This document shows, piece after piece, positions 1-10,700 of a DNA stretch of 64,000 nucleotides. Under the pieces are notes generated by a model. The model searched no databases. It worked only from the letters and a program-made list of their open reading frames with translations, and had not been told where the DNA came from. This stretch comes from Legionellaceae bacterium. GTDB lineage: Bacteria > Pseudomonadota > Gammaproteobacteria > Legionellales > Legionellaceae. Within the stretch, counting starts at the first letter, position 1. Every line of letters begins with the position of its first letter. The stretch covers positions 11,906 through 75,905 of the forward strand of contig CANNJI010000001.1 in assembly GCA_947504875.1 (NCBI GenBank), read 5' to 3'. The position numbers and the translations under genes are program-made.

Positions 1-1260
1 GCACTGCTGCATATGGCTCAGATTATTGACGAAGCTCAAGACATGGGTCGACATGGCGTTAGTTTTGGTAAACCAACATTTGATAATCAGGCGATTGTAT
101 CATTTAAAAACTCTGTAATTAAAAAATTAACGGGTGGTTTAGCAGCGCTTTCAAAACAACGTGCAGTGGAACGTGTGACGGGTGAAGCGCAGTTTAAGTC
201 GGCACATTCAGTTATTGTGAATACTAAAGAAGGTGATGTTGAGATTGAATTTGAACATGCCATTATTGCTGTGGGTAGTGAACCAGTTTCTTTACCGTTT
301 ATTCCTAAAGACCAGCGTATATTTGATTCTACCGGTGCATTAGAGTTAAAGGATATTAAAGGGAGTTTATTGGTTTTAGGCGGTGGTATTATTGGGCTTG
401 AAATGGCAACAGTCTATTCCTCATTGGGCGTTGATGTGACGGTTGTTGAGTTCTTAGATCAACTTATTCCGGCTGCAGATGCAGATCTTGTTTCTATCTT
501 ACAAAAGCGTTTGACTAAAAAAGGTATTAAATTTTTATTGAAAACCAAAGTGACTGCCGTTGAAGCCAAAAAAGACGGTATTCATGTGTCAATGGAAGGT
601 GAGCATAAAACAGACAAACCATTGTGCTTCCAGCAGGTTTTGGTTGCCGTGGGTAGAAAACCCAATGGCGGAAAAATTGCTGCGGAAAAATCAGGGGTTG
701 CAGTCGATGAGCGAGGGTTCATTGCAGCAGATAAGCAAATGCGCACGAATGTTTCTCATATTTTTGCCATAGGAGATGTTGTTGGTCAGCCTATGCTTGC
801 GCATAAAGCAATTCCTGAGGGTAAAGTGGCGGCAGAAGTCATTGCGGGTAAAAAGCATTATTTTGATCCTGTTTCTATTCCAAATGTTGCTTATACTGAT
901 CCTGAATTAGCGTGGGTTGGTTTGACTGAAAAAGAAGCCAAGGCACAAGGCATATCGTATGAAAAAGCAGTGTTTCCTTGGGCTGCGAGTGGACGTGCAT
1001 TGAGCATGGGACGCGAAGAAGGCATGACCAAGCTTATCTTTTGTCCTTCAACTAAGCGTATTTTAGGTGCGGGAATTATTGGGTTAAATGCTGGTGATTT
1101 AATTTCTGAGGCAGCACTTGCCATTGAGATGTCGTGTGATGTAGAAGATATTGCCTTGACGATTCATCCTCATCCAACGCTTTCAGAGACCATTGCACAA
1201 GCTGCAGAAATATTTGAGGGAACCATCACGGACTTGTATTTCCCCAAAAAAACAAAGTAG
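1..1260 (+). CDS. lpdA: dihydrolipoyl dehydrogenase (E3 component), 5' end upstream of window
   Basis: Frame is open from nt 1 (ORF track starts at an internal Met at nt 13). GGGIIGLE NAD-binding glycine loop, AIGDV motif and C-terminal HPHPTLSE interface motif are typical of E3 flavoprotein disulfide reductases. Confidence 0.9.
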   Translation, partial: ALLHMAQIIDEAQDMGRHGVSFGKPTFDNQAIVSFKNSVIKKLTGGLAALSKQRAVERVTGEAQFKSAHSVIVNTKEGDVEIEFEHAIIAVGSEPVSLPFIPKDQRIFDSTGALELKDIKGSLLVLGGGIIGLEMATVYSSLGVDVTVVEFLDQLIPAADADLVSILQKRLTKKGIKFLLKTKVTAVEAKKDGIHVSMEGEHKTDKPLCFQQVLVAVGRKPNGGKIAAEKSGVAVDERGFIAADKQMRTNVSHIFAIGDVVGQPMLAHKAIPEGKVAAEVIAGKKHYFDPVSIPNVAYTDPELAWVGLTEKEAKAQGISYEKAVFPWAASGRALSMGREEGMTKLIFCPSTKRILGAGIIGLNAGDLISEAALAIEMSCDVEDIALTIHPHPTLSETIAQAAEIFEGTITDLYFPKKTK

Positions 1261-1319
1261 ACAAAATATTCATTGTGCGCTATAAATAACAATACATGGT
1301 TGTTTATAGCGAGCATGAT

Positions 1320-2258
1320 ATGCCAAAGAAAAACTTTTTTAAGACTTTACCTGGTGATGGATCTGCGCATAGGAATATAGCTGAACATCTATCGACTCAG
1401 GAAGTTGCACATCTCAGTTTGACATCACAAGATGAGCGGGAATTGGTTGCGCCTGCGTTACGTCAGCGGAAAATTGCTGTTTTTTTGTCTCATGTTGCAC
1501 GAGGAGAGCAAGCAGATGCTCGAGCCCTGTTGCAAGCTGATCCTTTTCTTATGTTTCAAAGAGGGCCTGTAACAGATTTTTCGGGGCGAACCTTTCCTTC
1601 TGTATCAGGCTTTGAATATGCCTTATGGGCTATGGATACGCGCATGTGGCGTATGATGCTTGAGTGCATACCAGACAGTCCCGAGGGAGAGAATCTTAAA
1701 GCATTACTTTTAACGCAATCCCAATTGCTTGAGACAGAGGGGTTGTCTTATAATCTAGCAGGTCACCATTTTGATCATCAGCATCATTTTGACTTCACAC
1801 CGCTTAGACTTGCAATGCAAGCTTATGTTGATCCAGCGATGAGAGATCATTTTTTTCACGTGATTGGGCAAGAACAATATCTTGTTCCAGCCCATGTTGC
1901 ACAAGAATATTGTTGCCGCTCTTATCAGACTTCATTTCATTATCTAACAGAAGCGGATTTTGAAGGGGATCTCTTTGAACGCTCATTAGTAATTCGTGGT
2001 TTTGGCGGTGAGGCTGAGGATACTACGTGGTGGCCCGTTGTTGATACGTCTTTGTTACGTCTTGGTAGAGACTTTGCTGTGGCTTGGGAGGGTGGTCCAA
2101 GGTATTTTCTTAGTGGTATTAATGAGTACCCGCCAGGACCGGCTAGAGTTGCAGCGGAAAAAAATGTTTTAGATCGTTTGTTTTTAGTCCGAACACGAGA
2201 GCTTGGTTTGATAGAGGATCTTTTAAGTCCTGGGCATGAGGAGCAGCCTCATCCATAG
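1320..2258 (+). CDS. F-box-like protein, paralogue A (candidate translocated effector)
   Basis: ORF track 1296..2258. Start moved to the MPKKNFF Met because paralogue B starts there and the upstream DNA is also duplicated. N-terminal LPGDGSAHRNIAEHLSTQEVAHLSLTSQDERELV resembles an F-box. Rest of the protein not recognised. Confidence 0.6.
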   Translation: MPKKNFFKTLPGDGSAHRNIAEHLSTQEVAHLSLTSQDERELVAPALRQRKIAVFLSHVARGEQADARALLQADPFLMFQRGPVTDFSGRTFPSVSGFEYALWAMDTRMWRMMLECIPDSPEGENLKALLLTQSQLLETEGLSYNLAGHHFDHQHHFDFTPLRLAMQAYVDPAMRDHFFHVIGQEQYLVPAHVAQEYCCRSYQTSFHYLTEADFEGDLFERSLVIRGFGGEAEDTTWWPVVDTSLLRLGRDFAVAWEGGPRYFLSGINEYPPGPARVAAEKNVLDRLFLVRTRELGLIEDLLSPGHEEQPHP

Positions 2259-2306
2259 GGCAGGGGGTCAAGTTGGCTTTATAAAACTTGACCCATTTTA
2301 TCAACT

Positions 2307-3479
2307 TTACTTCAGAAGCACCGCTCCCTTTTGGTGCAAAACCACACCCAGTGTCCAATCATTTGTACTGATTTTATTAGAGATATAATGAATAGGCTGA
2401 GTTGAGTTGATGTAAAATCCTTCTACGAACAACGAATAGAAATATGAGGTGTTTAAGCAGTTAACAAATATGTCTTTATTTTTTGGATATAGTGTACCTA
2501 AAATTGACCAGTCCATCTGACACACGTATTGATTCGCTTTTTCAGCTAACACCTGAGTTGTAAATTCATTGTTCTCAAAGGCGAACGGTCTTTGTTGTAA
2601 CATCGCACTGATACCGCCGATGATGTACCATGTTTGTTCTTTATTATTTTGAATTACCGATTTAACTTTACTATCAACCTGATGTATTTCATTGATTAAC
2701 GGTTTAATTCGATTTTCACACCGCTGAAAATTTCCTGCTGCCGATGAGCCATTGGGTAAGGGATAATGAATAGGAAAGCAATCTTCGTTATCAAGATAGT
2801 GACTTCTTATTTCATCTTGACCTAACCCGAGAAAACCATGAGTAAAGAGTGATATAGGTCGTCCATAAACATTCATTTCAATATAATCATCTGACTTATT
2901 GTCTTGCGCACTTGTTAGGGGAACAGCAATTTGTACTGATGCACTCCCCGTATCGACCACACTAACCAACGGTGCGGAGGGTAAGGTTAATCGGCCTAAC
3001 TCATAATTAACAGCTAACCATCCGTACAAAGATTCCTCTTGACCTTTAAGGGTTTTAGCGTCAGCAAGCTGCCATTGTGACTGCATGGAAAACCAGTGTG
3101 TCACTTTGGCATAGTAAGCCTGTTGGCTAGAAAAATTTAACATGCGCATCCCTGAGGTTGCATAAAAATAGACAGGAATACTCAGATCTGGCGTTTCTGA
3201 AAATAACTGGGTTAAATATTGATTGATAGCGGCTTGATTCAATGGGATTGATGCTAATCGAGCATCTATTTTTTTAGAAAATACGTTTTTAATTTCAACA
3301 GGTGCATGGGTTGATGAGTTTAATTTGTAACTGTAAATATGCACTCTTGAACCTGAATTTCCTGCATCCACTACTGCAATACATTGATTGTCAGGGCATA
3401 TCGACGCACAAAATCCAAATGAACTGAAAAACAAGCCAATCAATAAGCATATTCGATGCATGGGTCTACTCCTAATCAT
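2307..3479 (-). CDS. secreted ecto-nucleoside triphosphate diphosphohydrolase (GDA1/CD39 apyrase family)
   Basis: N-terminal signal peptide (LLIGLFFSSFGFCAS). Apyrase conserved regions VVDAGNSGSRVHIY (ACR1), ATSGMRML (ACR2), GQEESLYGWLAVNY (ACR3), VVDTGSASVQIA (ACR4). Same family as the Legionella pneumophila eukaryotic-like NTPDases. Confidence 0.85.
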   Translation of the reverse strand: MIRSRPMHRICLLIGLFFSSFGFCASICPDNQCIAVVDAGNSGSRVHIYSYKLNSSTHAPVEIKNVFSKKIDARLASIPLNQAAINQYLTQLFSETPDLSIPVYFYATSGMRMLNFSSQQAYYAKVTHWFSMQSQWQLADAKTLKGQEESLYGWLAVNYELGRLTLPSAPLVSVVDTGSASVQIAVPLTSAQDNKSDDYIEMNVYGRPISLFTHGFLGLGQDEIRSHYLDNEDCFPIHYPLPNGSSAAGNFQRCENRIKPLINEIHQVDSKVKSVIQNNKEQTWYIIGGISAMLQQRPFAFENNEFTTQVLAEKANQYVCQMDWSILGTLYPKNKDIFVNCLNTSYFYSLFVEGFYINSTQPIHYISNKISTNDWTLGVVLHQKGAVLLK

Positions 3480-3668
3480 TATTTATTATGTTGATGCGAA
3501 TTATCCTTCAATTAAAGGATAAAACAACCAATTTTCAGTTCTCGACCCTATCTATTAAAAAATAGTGTACAGCGTAACGATCACTTTACACTTTACACAT
3601 GGCGAGTTGACAAAATAGCCATATTGCTCTATAAATAACAAAATAGATTTAATTGTTGAGAGCATATT

Positions 3669-4631
3669 ATGCCGAAGAAAAACTTTTTTAACACTTTGCC
3701 TGGCGATGGTTCTGCACATAGAAATATAGCTGAACATCTATCGACTCAGGAAGTTGCAAATCTCAGTTTGGTATCTCAAGATGAGCGGGCATTGGTTGCG
3801 CCTGAGTTACGTCATCGACAGGCGTTATATCGACAGCATTTAGAGCAACAAGTTGCGCCACTTTTGCTTCATATTGCTCGAGGAGAGCAAACACAAGCAG
3901 AGGCTTTGTTGAGAGCTGATCCATCTCTGATGTTTGAAAGATGGCATGTGAGAGATTTGTCAGGGAGAAATTTTCCTTTTGTGTCAGGCTTTGAGTATGC
4001 CTTATGGGCAATGGATACGCGAATGTGGCGTATGATGATTGATTGTATACCCGACACTCCACAAGGTGAACGCCTTAGAACAGTACTTTTAGCACAAACT
4101 CAAAACCTCGAGACCGAGGGGATTAGTTTTGATTTAGAAGGGCAGCAGTTTGAGCATCAGCATCATTTTGATTTCACACCACTAAGGCACGCAATGCAAG
4201 CTTATGTTGATCCAGCGATGAGAGATCATTTTTATCATGTGATTGGACGAGAACAAGGTCGTGTTCCTGCGCATGTGGCAAATGAGTATTGTCATGATCC
4301 AATCTTTCATAATCGGCTGCCTGAATATTTTCAGACAGCCGATTTGGTTCGATCGTTGACGTTAGCTCCTTTTGCTGGAGGGGGGCAAGAAGTGACTTGG
4401 TGGCCGGTTGAGGGCGGGTCTTCATTGGTTCTTGGAGTGGACTTTGCGGTTACACATGTGGATATGCGCGCATGTGCTTATTTGAGTGCAACAGATAATC
4501 CACCAGTATTTCAGCGTTTGACGGGCGCCTTGAACAGTTTAGACTCTTTAATTGCGGCAAGAACACATGATCTTACCTTGGTCGAAGGACTGCTTAATCC
4601 TCAACCGCCTGAAGTTGGCATTCATCCATAA
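3669..4631 (+). CDS. F-box-like protein, paralogue B (candidate translocated effector)
   Basis: 320-aa ORF. Shares the N-terminus MPKKNFFNTLPGDGSAHRNIAEHLSTQEVANLSL and central blocks (SGFEYALWAMDTRMWRMM, HQHHFDFTPLR, AMQAYVDPAMRDHF) with 1320..2258. The C-terminal third has diverged. Confidence 0.6.
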   Translation: MPKKNFFNTLPGDGSAHRNIAEHLSTQEVANLSLVSQDERALVAPELRHRQALYRQHLEQQVAPLLLHIARGEQTQAEALLRADPSLMFERWHVRDLSGRNFPFVSGFEYALWAMDTRMWRMMIDCIPDTPQGERLRTVLLAQTQNLETEGISFDLEGQQFEHQHHFDFTPLRHAMQAYVDPAMRDHFYHVIGREQGRVPAHVANEYCHDPIFHNRLPEYFQTADLVRSLTLAPFAGGGQEVTWWPVEGGSSLVLGVDFAVTHVDMRACAYLSATDNPPVFQRLTGALNSLDSLIAARTHDLTLVEGLLNPQPPEVGIHP

Positions 4632-4721
4632 TTCCACTGGATTTCTCATCCTATCTTTGCGATACTAAATTCGCTTTTGCAGAAGGCAAAAGTGAATTTA
4701 GTCCAATCAATTACGGAGATT

Positions 4722-5048
4722 ATGATGAAAGCACCTTGGATTGCTGTTGGCATCCTGTTATTTTCAGGAGCCATTCCTTTATATGCAACACCTTTTTCTA
4801 CAAAACCACCGCAGGCCTATGCGGAGCAATATCCGATTGAAAAAATAAATTTAAACAGCGCCGATGTGCTCCTATTAACCCATGCTGTTAAAGGCATTGG
4901 TAAAAAACGTGCAGAAGCAATTGTTGATTATCGAACATCTCATGGCAAATTTAGGGCCTTGGGGGATCTGGCTATGGTCAAAGGACTAGGGGCTGGGTTT
5001 GTACAAAAACACAGAACCGAGTTAGAGCAGGTGTTTGTGCTGGAATAA
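4722..5048 (+). CDS. comEA: ComEA-family helix-hairpin-helix DNA-binding protein
   Basis: ORF track starts at a TTG (4677). The ATG at 4722 follows a GGAG Shine-Dalgarno and gives a signal/TM segment. INLNSA...LLTHAVKGIGKKRAEAIVDYR...F..LGDLAMVKGLG is the ComEA HhH signature. Confidence 0.75.
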   Translation: MMKAPWIAVGILLFSGAIPLYATPFSTKPPQAYAEQYPIEKINLNSADVLLLTHAVKGIGKKRAEAIVDYRTSHGKFRALGDLAMVKGLGAGFVQKHRTELEQVFVLE

Positions 5049-5064
5049 GTGCTGAACCTGACTT

Positions 5065-5103
5065 TATATCATCCCCTTTGTTGGGGATGATATAGTTTGA
5101 TTT
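5065..5103 (+). terminator. rho-independent terminator after comEA
   Basis: Perfect 12-bp stem TATATCATCCCC / GGGGATGATATA with a 6-nt loop, followed by GTTTGATTT. Confidence 0.6.
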
Positions 5104-5116
5104 AACGGAGCGTACC

Positions 5117-5818
5117 ATGAAGCAAATTAAACGTTGGGGATTGCTTTTTATTTTAATAGGATTGCTCGGATTGGTTTTGTATTTTCATCTTTACCGTGAT
5201 TTAACGTATGATAATTTGAGCATGCATCGCATTAATTTATTACTTTGGACTCATCAACATTTTGTTCAGGCCGTTTTAGGTTTTATGGTTGTTTATACCC
5301 TTGCGGTTGCTATCTCAATTCCTGGAGCTACATTTTTAACTTTGGTTGCAGGATTCTTATTTGGTCCTTTGGTCGGGAGTGTTGCTGTTGTGATGAGTGC
5401 AACAGTAGGTGCTTTTATTATTTTTACAGCCATATCGCTTGCTTTGCGTGAGTGGGTTATCAAAAAAGGGGTCAAATGGACTCGGGCCATGGAAAAAGGC
5501 TTTCAGGAAAATGCTTTTTCATATTTGTTGTTTTTACGGCTGGTCCCTTTGTTCCCTTTTTGGCTGGTGAATATAATCCCTGCGTTACTCGGTGTACCAA
5601 AGCATACTTTTGTTTTCGCTACGTTTTTGGGAATTATCCCGGGCGTTTTTGTGTATGTGATGGTAGGGCATGGTTTAGGGCATCTTCTTGATATCAATCA
5701 AACACCTGACTTAGACATTTTTTTAGATCCCAAGGTTTTGGTTCCATTGTTGGGCCTTGCGATTTTCTCTCTCGTGCCCGTAGGGTATCGGTATATGAAG
5801 AGAAAAAAACATAATTGA
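5117..5818 (+). CDS. TVP38/TMEM64 (DedA/SNARE-associated) family membrane protein
   Basis: Multi-pass hydrophobic protein with the LRLVPLFPFWLVNIIPALLGV and FLGIIPG motifs characteristic of this family. Confidence 0.7.
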   Translation: MKQIKRWGLLFILIGLLGLVLYFHLYRDLTYDNLSMHRINLLLWTHQHFVQAVLGFMVVYTLAVAISIPGATFLTLVAGFLFGPLVGSVAVVMSATVGAFIIFTAISLALREWVIKKGVKWTRAMEKGFQENAFSYLLFLRLVPLFPFWLVNIIPALLGVPKHTFVFATFLGIIPGVFVYVMVGHGLGHLLDINQTPDLDIFLDPKVLVPLLGLAIFSLVPVGYRYMKRKKHN

Positions 5819-5861
5819 GCATTACACAATGTTCTCTGCTAGACTGAACATCATTCATTAT

Positions 5862-5960
5862 AGTGCCGGACACATGACGTGATGAACAGGTAAGCGCGCG
5901 CTGTTTGAGCGTTGCGAGTTGTGTGCGATTAATCGGTCATCACGTCATGTGTCCGGCACT
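5862..5960 (+). repeat. 99-bp palindromic intergenic repeat (REP/MITE-like), copy 1
   Basis: Perfect 24-bp terminal inverted repeats AGTGCCGGACACATGACGTGATGA ... TCATCACGTCATGTGTCCGGCACT. Related copies at 16972..17069 (inverted) and 19994..20092. Confidence 0.85.
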
Positions 5961-5975
5961 AGATATCGTTAAGGC

Positions 5976-6554
5976 ATGATGATGCGTTACTTTTTTTTAA
6001 TGTTGATAATTTTTTCACAACCCTTGACTGCAAAAACAGCCGAAGCGATATTCGCTGGGGGGTGTTTTTGGTGTGTTGAGGCTGATTTTGATAAGTTACC
6101 CGGGGTTTTGAATACGGTTTCAGGGTATGATGGTGGCACAGAGCTTAATCCAGATTATCCAACAGTATCAGCGGGAAAAACGCACTATGTTGAATCGGTT
6201 CGAGTTGTGTATGACACGAATGTTCTGAGTTATCAGCAATTACTTAATTATTATTGGCATCATATTGATCCTACCGTAAAAGATAGTCAATTCTGTGATC
6301 ATGGTCCGCAATATCGTAGTGTTATTTTTTTCTTAAATGAAGACCAAAAGCAAACGGCTCTCGCGAGTAAGCTGCAATTAAATAAGCAGTTTTCAACAAT
6401 ATTGACTGAGATTGTTCCTTCAACGCATTTTTATCCTGCTGAGGCGTACCATCAAAAATATTATCAAAAAAATCCGATACGCTATACCTATTATCGATAC
6501 CGATGTGGTCGAGATGCGAGAGTTAAGGACTTGTGGCATGATAAAGCGGATTAG
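5976..6554 (+). CDS. msrA: peptide-methionine (S)-S-oxide reductase, exported
   Basis: GGCFWCVE active-site motif. Predicted signal peptide [19 protein letters not shown]. Confidence 0.9.
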   Translation: MMMRYFFLMLIIFSQPLTAKTAEAIFAGGCFWCVEADFDKLPGVLNTVSGYDGGTELNPDYPTVSAGKTHYVESVRVVYDTNVLSYQQLLNYYWHHIDPTVKDSQFCDHGPQYRSVIFFLNEDQKQTALASKLQLNKQFSTILTEIVPSTHFYPAEAYHQKYYQKNPIRYTYYRYRCGRDARVKDLWHDKAD

Positions 6555-7035
6555 TTTATTTTTAATTTTAATGTGGATGGGGGTTGCAATGGCCTATACG
6601 CCTGTTTTTGATAAATCAGCAGAAATAAAAAAGCTTACGCCTTTGCAATATGAGGTGACTCAAGATGCTGCAACTGAAAAACCATTTGAGAATGCTTATT
6701 GGAATAATAATAAAGAAGGCATTTACGTTGATATCGTTTCAGGAGAGCCTTTATTTAGTTCACTTGATAAATATGACTCAGGAACGGGGTGGCCCAGTTT
6801 TTCAAAGCCCATAGATGAAGCTTATCTTGTTTTAAAAACAGAGAGACAATATCTTTTTATTGTTCATACTGAAGTGTTGTCGAAATATGCTGACTCGCAT
6901 TTGGGTCATGTATTTAAGGATGGTCCGCCACCCACAGGATTACGATATTGCATGAACTCTGCATCTTTGCGATTTATACCAAAAGATGAGATGGAAAAAG
7001 AAGGCTATGCCGAATATTTGAATCTGTTTAAATGA
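6538..7035 (+). CDS. msrB: peptide-methionine (R)-S-oxide reductase, exported
   Basis: SelR/MsrB motifs (GTGWPSF, HLGHVF, RYCMNS). Start set at [15 protein letters not shown] (signal peptide, AAGGA upstream). Overlaps the msrA stop by 17 nt. The longer track ORF (6412) would run inside msrA. Confidence 0.88.
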   Translation: MIKRISLFLILMWMGVAMAYTPVFDKSAEIKKLTPLQYEVTQDAATEKPFENAYWNNNKEGIYVDIVSGEPLFSSLDKYDSGTGWPSFSKPIDEAYLVLKTERQYLFIVHTEVLSKYADSHLGHVFKDGPPPTGLRYCMNSASLRFIPKDEMEKEGYAEYLNLFK

Positions 7036-7742
7036 TAACGCTGATTATTTCTGTTTTTAATGAAATGAAAAATCCTTGTTTATTCCATATTATCAATCAA
7101 TTTAAAAATGACTTATTCTTTGAAGTGATTTGCGTTGATGGGGGGTCAACGGACGGCACGGTGGAATATATAAAAGAAAATAATCTGACTCTTTATGTAT
7201 TACCGAATTCAACCAGAGCAGCTCGGTTAAATTTGGGGATCGAAAAAGCAAGTTTTTCTCAAATACTATTGCATCATCCTCGCTCTATTATCTCAGATAA
7301 GGGTATTTCTTTTTTAAAGAGTAATGATGAGAAGATCCACTGGGCTGGATTTACACATCATTTTGATTATCAACACTTTTTTTTGAAATTTATTTCCTGG
7401 TATTCAAATCAAATTCGGCTGAAGAAAAAAAAGATTGTGTATTTAGACCATTGTATCTTGATAAGAAAAGAGCACTTATATAAACAACCAATCCCTGATA
7501 TCGCTATTTTTGAAGATACAGCGCTTTCAAGGATTATCCAATCTACAGGATACGATCCTATTTTGCTCCCATACCCGGTTATAACGTCAGCCATTCGATT
7601 TCTTGAACGAGGGATATTCAAACAATTTATGCTGAATCAGTGGATGAAAGGCTTATATTATTTTAATTATAATGATCGTAAAATGAATAGACTATATGAA
7701 GGAAACCTTAATTTAAATCAAAAGAACGAACCATTGACATAA
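7032..7742 (+). CDS. family 2 glycosyltransferase
   Basis: N-terminal IISVFNE ... VDGGSTDGT motif of GT2 enzymes. ATGA start/stop overlap with msrB. Confidence 0.65.
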   Translation: MITLIISVFNEMKNPCLFHIINQFKNDLFFEVICVDGGSTDGTVEYIKENNLTLYVLPNSTRAARLNLGIEKASFSQILLHHPRSIISDKGISFLKSNDEKIHWAGFTHHFDYQHFFLKFISWYSNQIRLKKKKIVYLDHCILIRKEHLYKQPIPDIAIFEDTALSRIIQSTGYDPILLPYPVITSAIRFLERGIFKQFMLNQWMKGLYYFNYNDRKMNRLYEGNLNLNQKNEPLT

Positions 7743-7763
7743 TGTCGTATCCACGCCTCGGAA

Positions 7764-10700
7764 TTATTGTTCAGCCAGTTGTTTTAACAAGGCTTGAATT
7801 TCAGTAATACGTGCTTCACCAGTTTCACCTGTCAGTGTGGCGCGTAGTTTTGTTGGTCCATCAAGCTGGTAACGTTTTGCGTGAACTTGAATGAGTTGAA
7901 TGAGCACCCGGGGGTTAATGTTTGCATCTGCTTTGAATTCAATCCGTGCTTGTTGTTCAGTGGCGTGAATGCGTGTTACGCCTATTTTTTCTGCAAATAA
8001 TTTCAATTCAGTGATTAAAAATAAATGTTTAACTGATTCAGGAAAGAGGCCAAAGCGGTCGATTAGTTCTATTTTTAATTGTCTTAATACATCCAAATGC
8101 ACTGCATTGGAAATGCGTTTATACATGATCAAACGCTCATGCACATCTCCGATATAATCATCTGGAATAATTGCACTGAGGCGCAGGTCAATTTCAGGTC
8201 CTTGATGGAGAGGCGCATTGAGTTCAGGTATTTTACCTGCTTTGAGATCACTCACTGCTTTATCCAGCATTTCCATAAACAAAGTAAAGCCAATGGCGTG
8301 CATGTTTCCACTTTGCTCTGCACCTAAAAGTTCGCCTGCGCCTCGGATTTCAAGATCATGTGTTGCAAGCGTAAATCCTGCACCAAGATCTTCCAGCGAA
8401 ACAATGGCTTCAAGTCGCTTAACTGCATCGGGTGTTATTTGTTTTTCATTAGGCGTAAGTAAATAGGCGTATGCTTGATGATGAGAGCGTCCAACACGAC
8501 CACGTAATTGATGAAGTTGCGCCAAGCCCAATTGGTGGGCGCCATCGATGATAATGGTATTGGCCGTTGGAATATCAATGCCTGTTTCGATAATGGTTGT
8601 ACAAACCAATACATTAAAGCGATGATGATAAAAATCAGACATGATACGTTCCAGATCACGTTCACGCATTTGACCATGTGCAATATGAATTTTGGCTTCC
8701 GGAATAAGCTTTTCGAGTTCTTGCGCAACTCGCATAATGGTTTGTACATTGTTGTGTAAGAAAAATACCTGGCCTCCACGTGATATTTCACGAACGATAG
8801 CTTCTCGTAATACGCCATCCTGTCTTTCTTGCCAGAAGGTTTTAATGGCGAGTCGTTTGGCGGGTGGTGTTGTAATCAAGGAAATATCGCGAATACCTGC
8901 CATGGCCATGTTTAAGGTTCGAGGAATAGGGGTTGCTGTCATTGATAAGATATCAATGTCTGTTCTAAGCGCATTGATATGTTCTTTTTGTTTAACACCA
9001 AAACGATGTTCTTCATCGATAATCAGTAGGCCTAGATTTTTAAATTCAATATTTTTCTGAAAAAGCTTATGTGTACCAATAACAATATCAGTTTGTCCTG
9101 ATTTTAAGGAAGCAATTACTTTTTCAGATTCCTTCGCACTTCTAAAGCGCGACAGTAATTCGATTTGTACAGGAAACTCAGCAAAGCGGTCACGAAACGT
9201 TTCATGGTGCTGTCCTGCAAGCAGGGTGGTTGGTACGAGTATACAGACTTGTTTTCCATTTTGAACAGCAAGAAAAGCCGCGCGCATGGCAACTTCTGTT
9301 TTACCAAACCCGACATCACCGCAGATTAAACGGTCCATGGGTTTATCTGAACGCATATCATCTAAAATTTGGTAAATGGCCTGCTGTTGATCTTGAGTTT
9401 CATCAAACATAAAAGCATTTGCAAAGCGGTTATATTCATCTTTGTCATAGTGGTAAACATACCCTGGTTTTGCTGCTCGTTTTGCATAAATGTCTAAGAG
9501 TTCAATGGCTACATCATGAATTTTAAGTGCTGCTTTCTTTCTTTCTTTTTGCCATTCTTCACTGCCTAAACGGTGTAAAGGTGCATTTTCGCTTCCTGTG
9601 TAGCGGCTAATGCAATGTAAAGAGGTCACCGGCACATAAATTTTATCTCCACCAGCATAGGTTAAAATCAAAAATTCATTTTGGATACCGTCGGTTTCGA
9701 AAGTCTGTAATCCTTGATATCGACCAACACCAAATTGCAAGTGCACCACAGGCGAGTTGATATGAAGCTCAGCAAGATCACGGATGATGAGATCAGGATC
9801 AACTATTTTTTGTTGTTGTCGACGCTGGGGGGTGCGTTGTTCGCCATAGAGTTGTGATTCAACAATAATAATGAATCGACTGTCTATAAATTCCGCGCCT
9901 TCTTGCAATGAGCCAATGAGTAAATTGATTTGGGCAGTATTATGCTTAAATGCAGACCATGAGGGTTGTACTGTAACCTGAACCCCACTTTTTTTAAGTA
10001 AATCGAGCAAAACTTCTCGACGGCCAGCACTTTCCGCAATAATAACACTGCGAAATCCTGAATGTTGATCAAGATAACTTTTAAGTTGATTGAGCGGCGT
10101 TTCTGCTAGTCGTTCGATGGGTAATTTGGGGCCTTTGTTGATATTAAAATTATAAATATTGCCTTTTTTCGTGATGGGATGCGTGTCGAGCCTCAGTGGA
10201 TGATAGGTGTTAGCTAGCGTCAACAGCTCCGTTGGGTTTAAAAAACACTCCGAAGGCTTTAATAGGGGGCGTGTTATATCGTTACAGCGTTGCTCATGCC
10301 TTGAGGTGGCCTCATCCCAAAATTGCTCGGCATGTGTCAAAATAGGGTCAATTAAATAAACCGCCGATTGCTTTGGAAGATAATCAAAAAATGAAGCAGT
10401 ATGCGAATAGAAAAGGGGGAGATAGTATTCGATCCCATTTGGAAATTGACCCTGACTAACAGATTCGTAAATTGGACATTGACTTGGGTTACCTGAAAAC
10501 CTTTCTCTAAAGGCTTGACGAAACTGCGCTATGCTTTTTTCATTCATAGGGCATTCACGGGCCGGTAATAAGCTAATCGAGGATGTTTTTTCAATGGTCC
10601 GTTGATTATCAGGATCAAAACGGCGTAAGCTATCAATGGTATTATCAAATTGCTCAATACGATAGGGGAGAGGACTTCCCATGGGATAAACGTCGATGAG

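Noticed and set aside
6412-6537. Long form of msrB starting inside msrA
   Set aside because: It would overlap msrA by 143 nt in another frame. The internal Met gives a normal signal peptide and an RBS.
8097-9412. Cluster of 60-127-aa ORFs on both strands inside mfd (and similar ones inside acnA, nrdA, topA and glpD)
   Set aside because: All are embedded within long, motif-supported genes and have no start signals or recognisable sequence. They are typical shadow ORFs.
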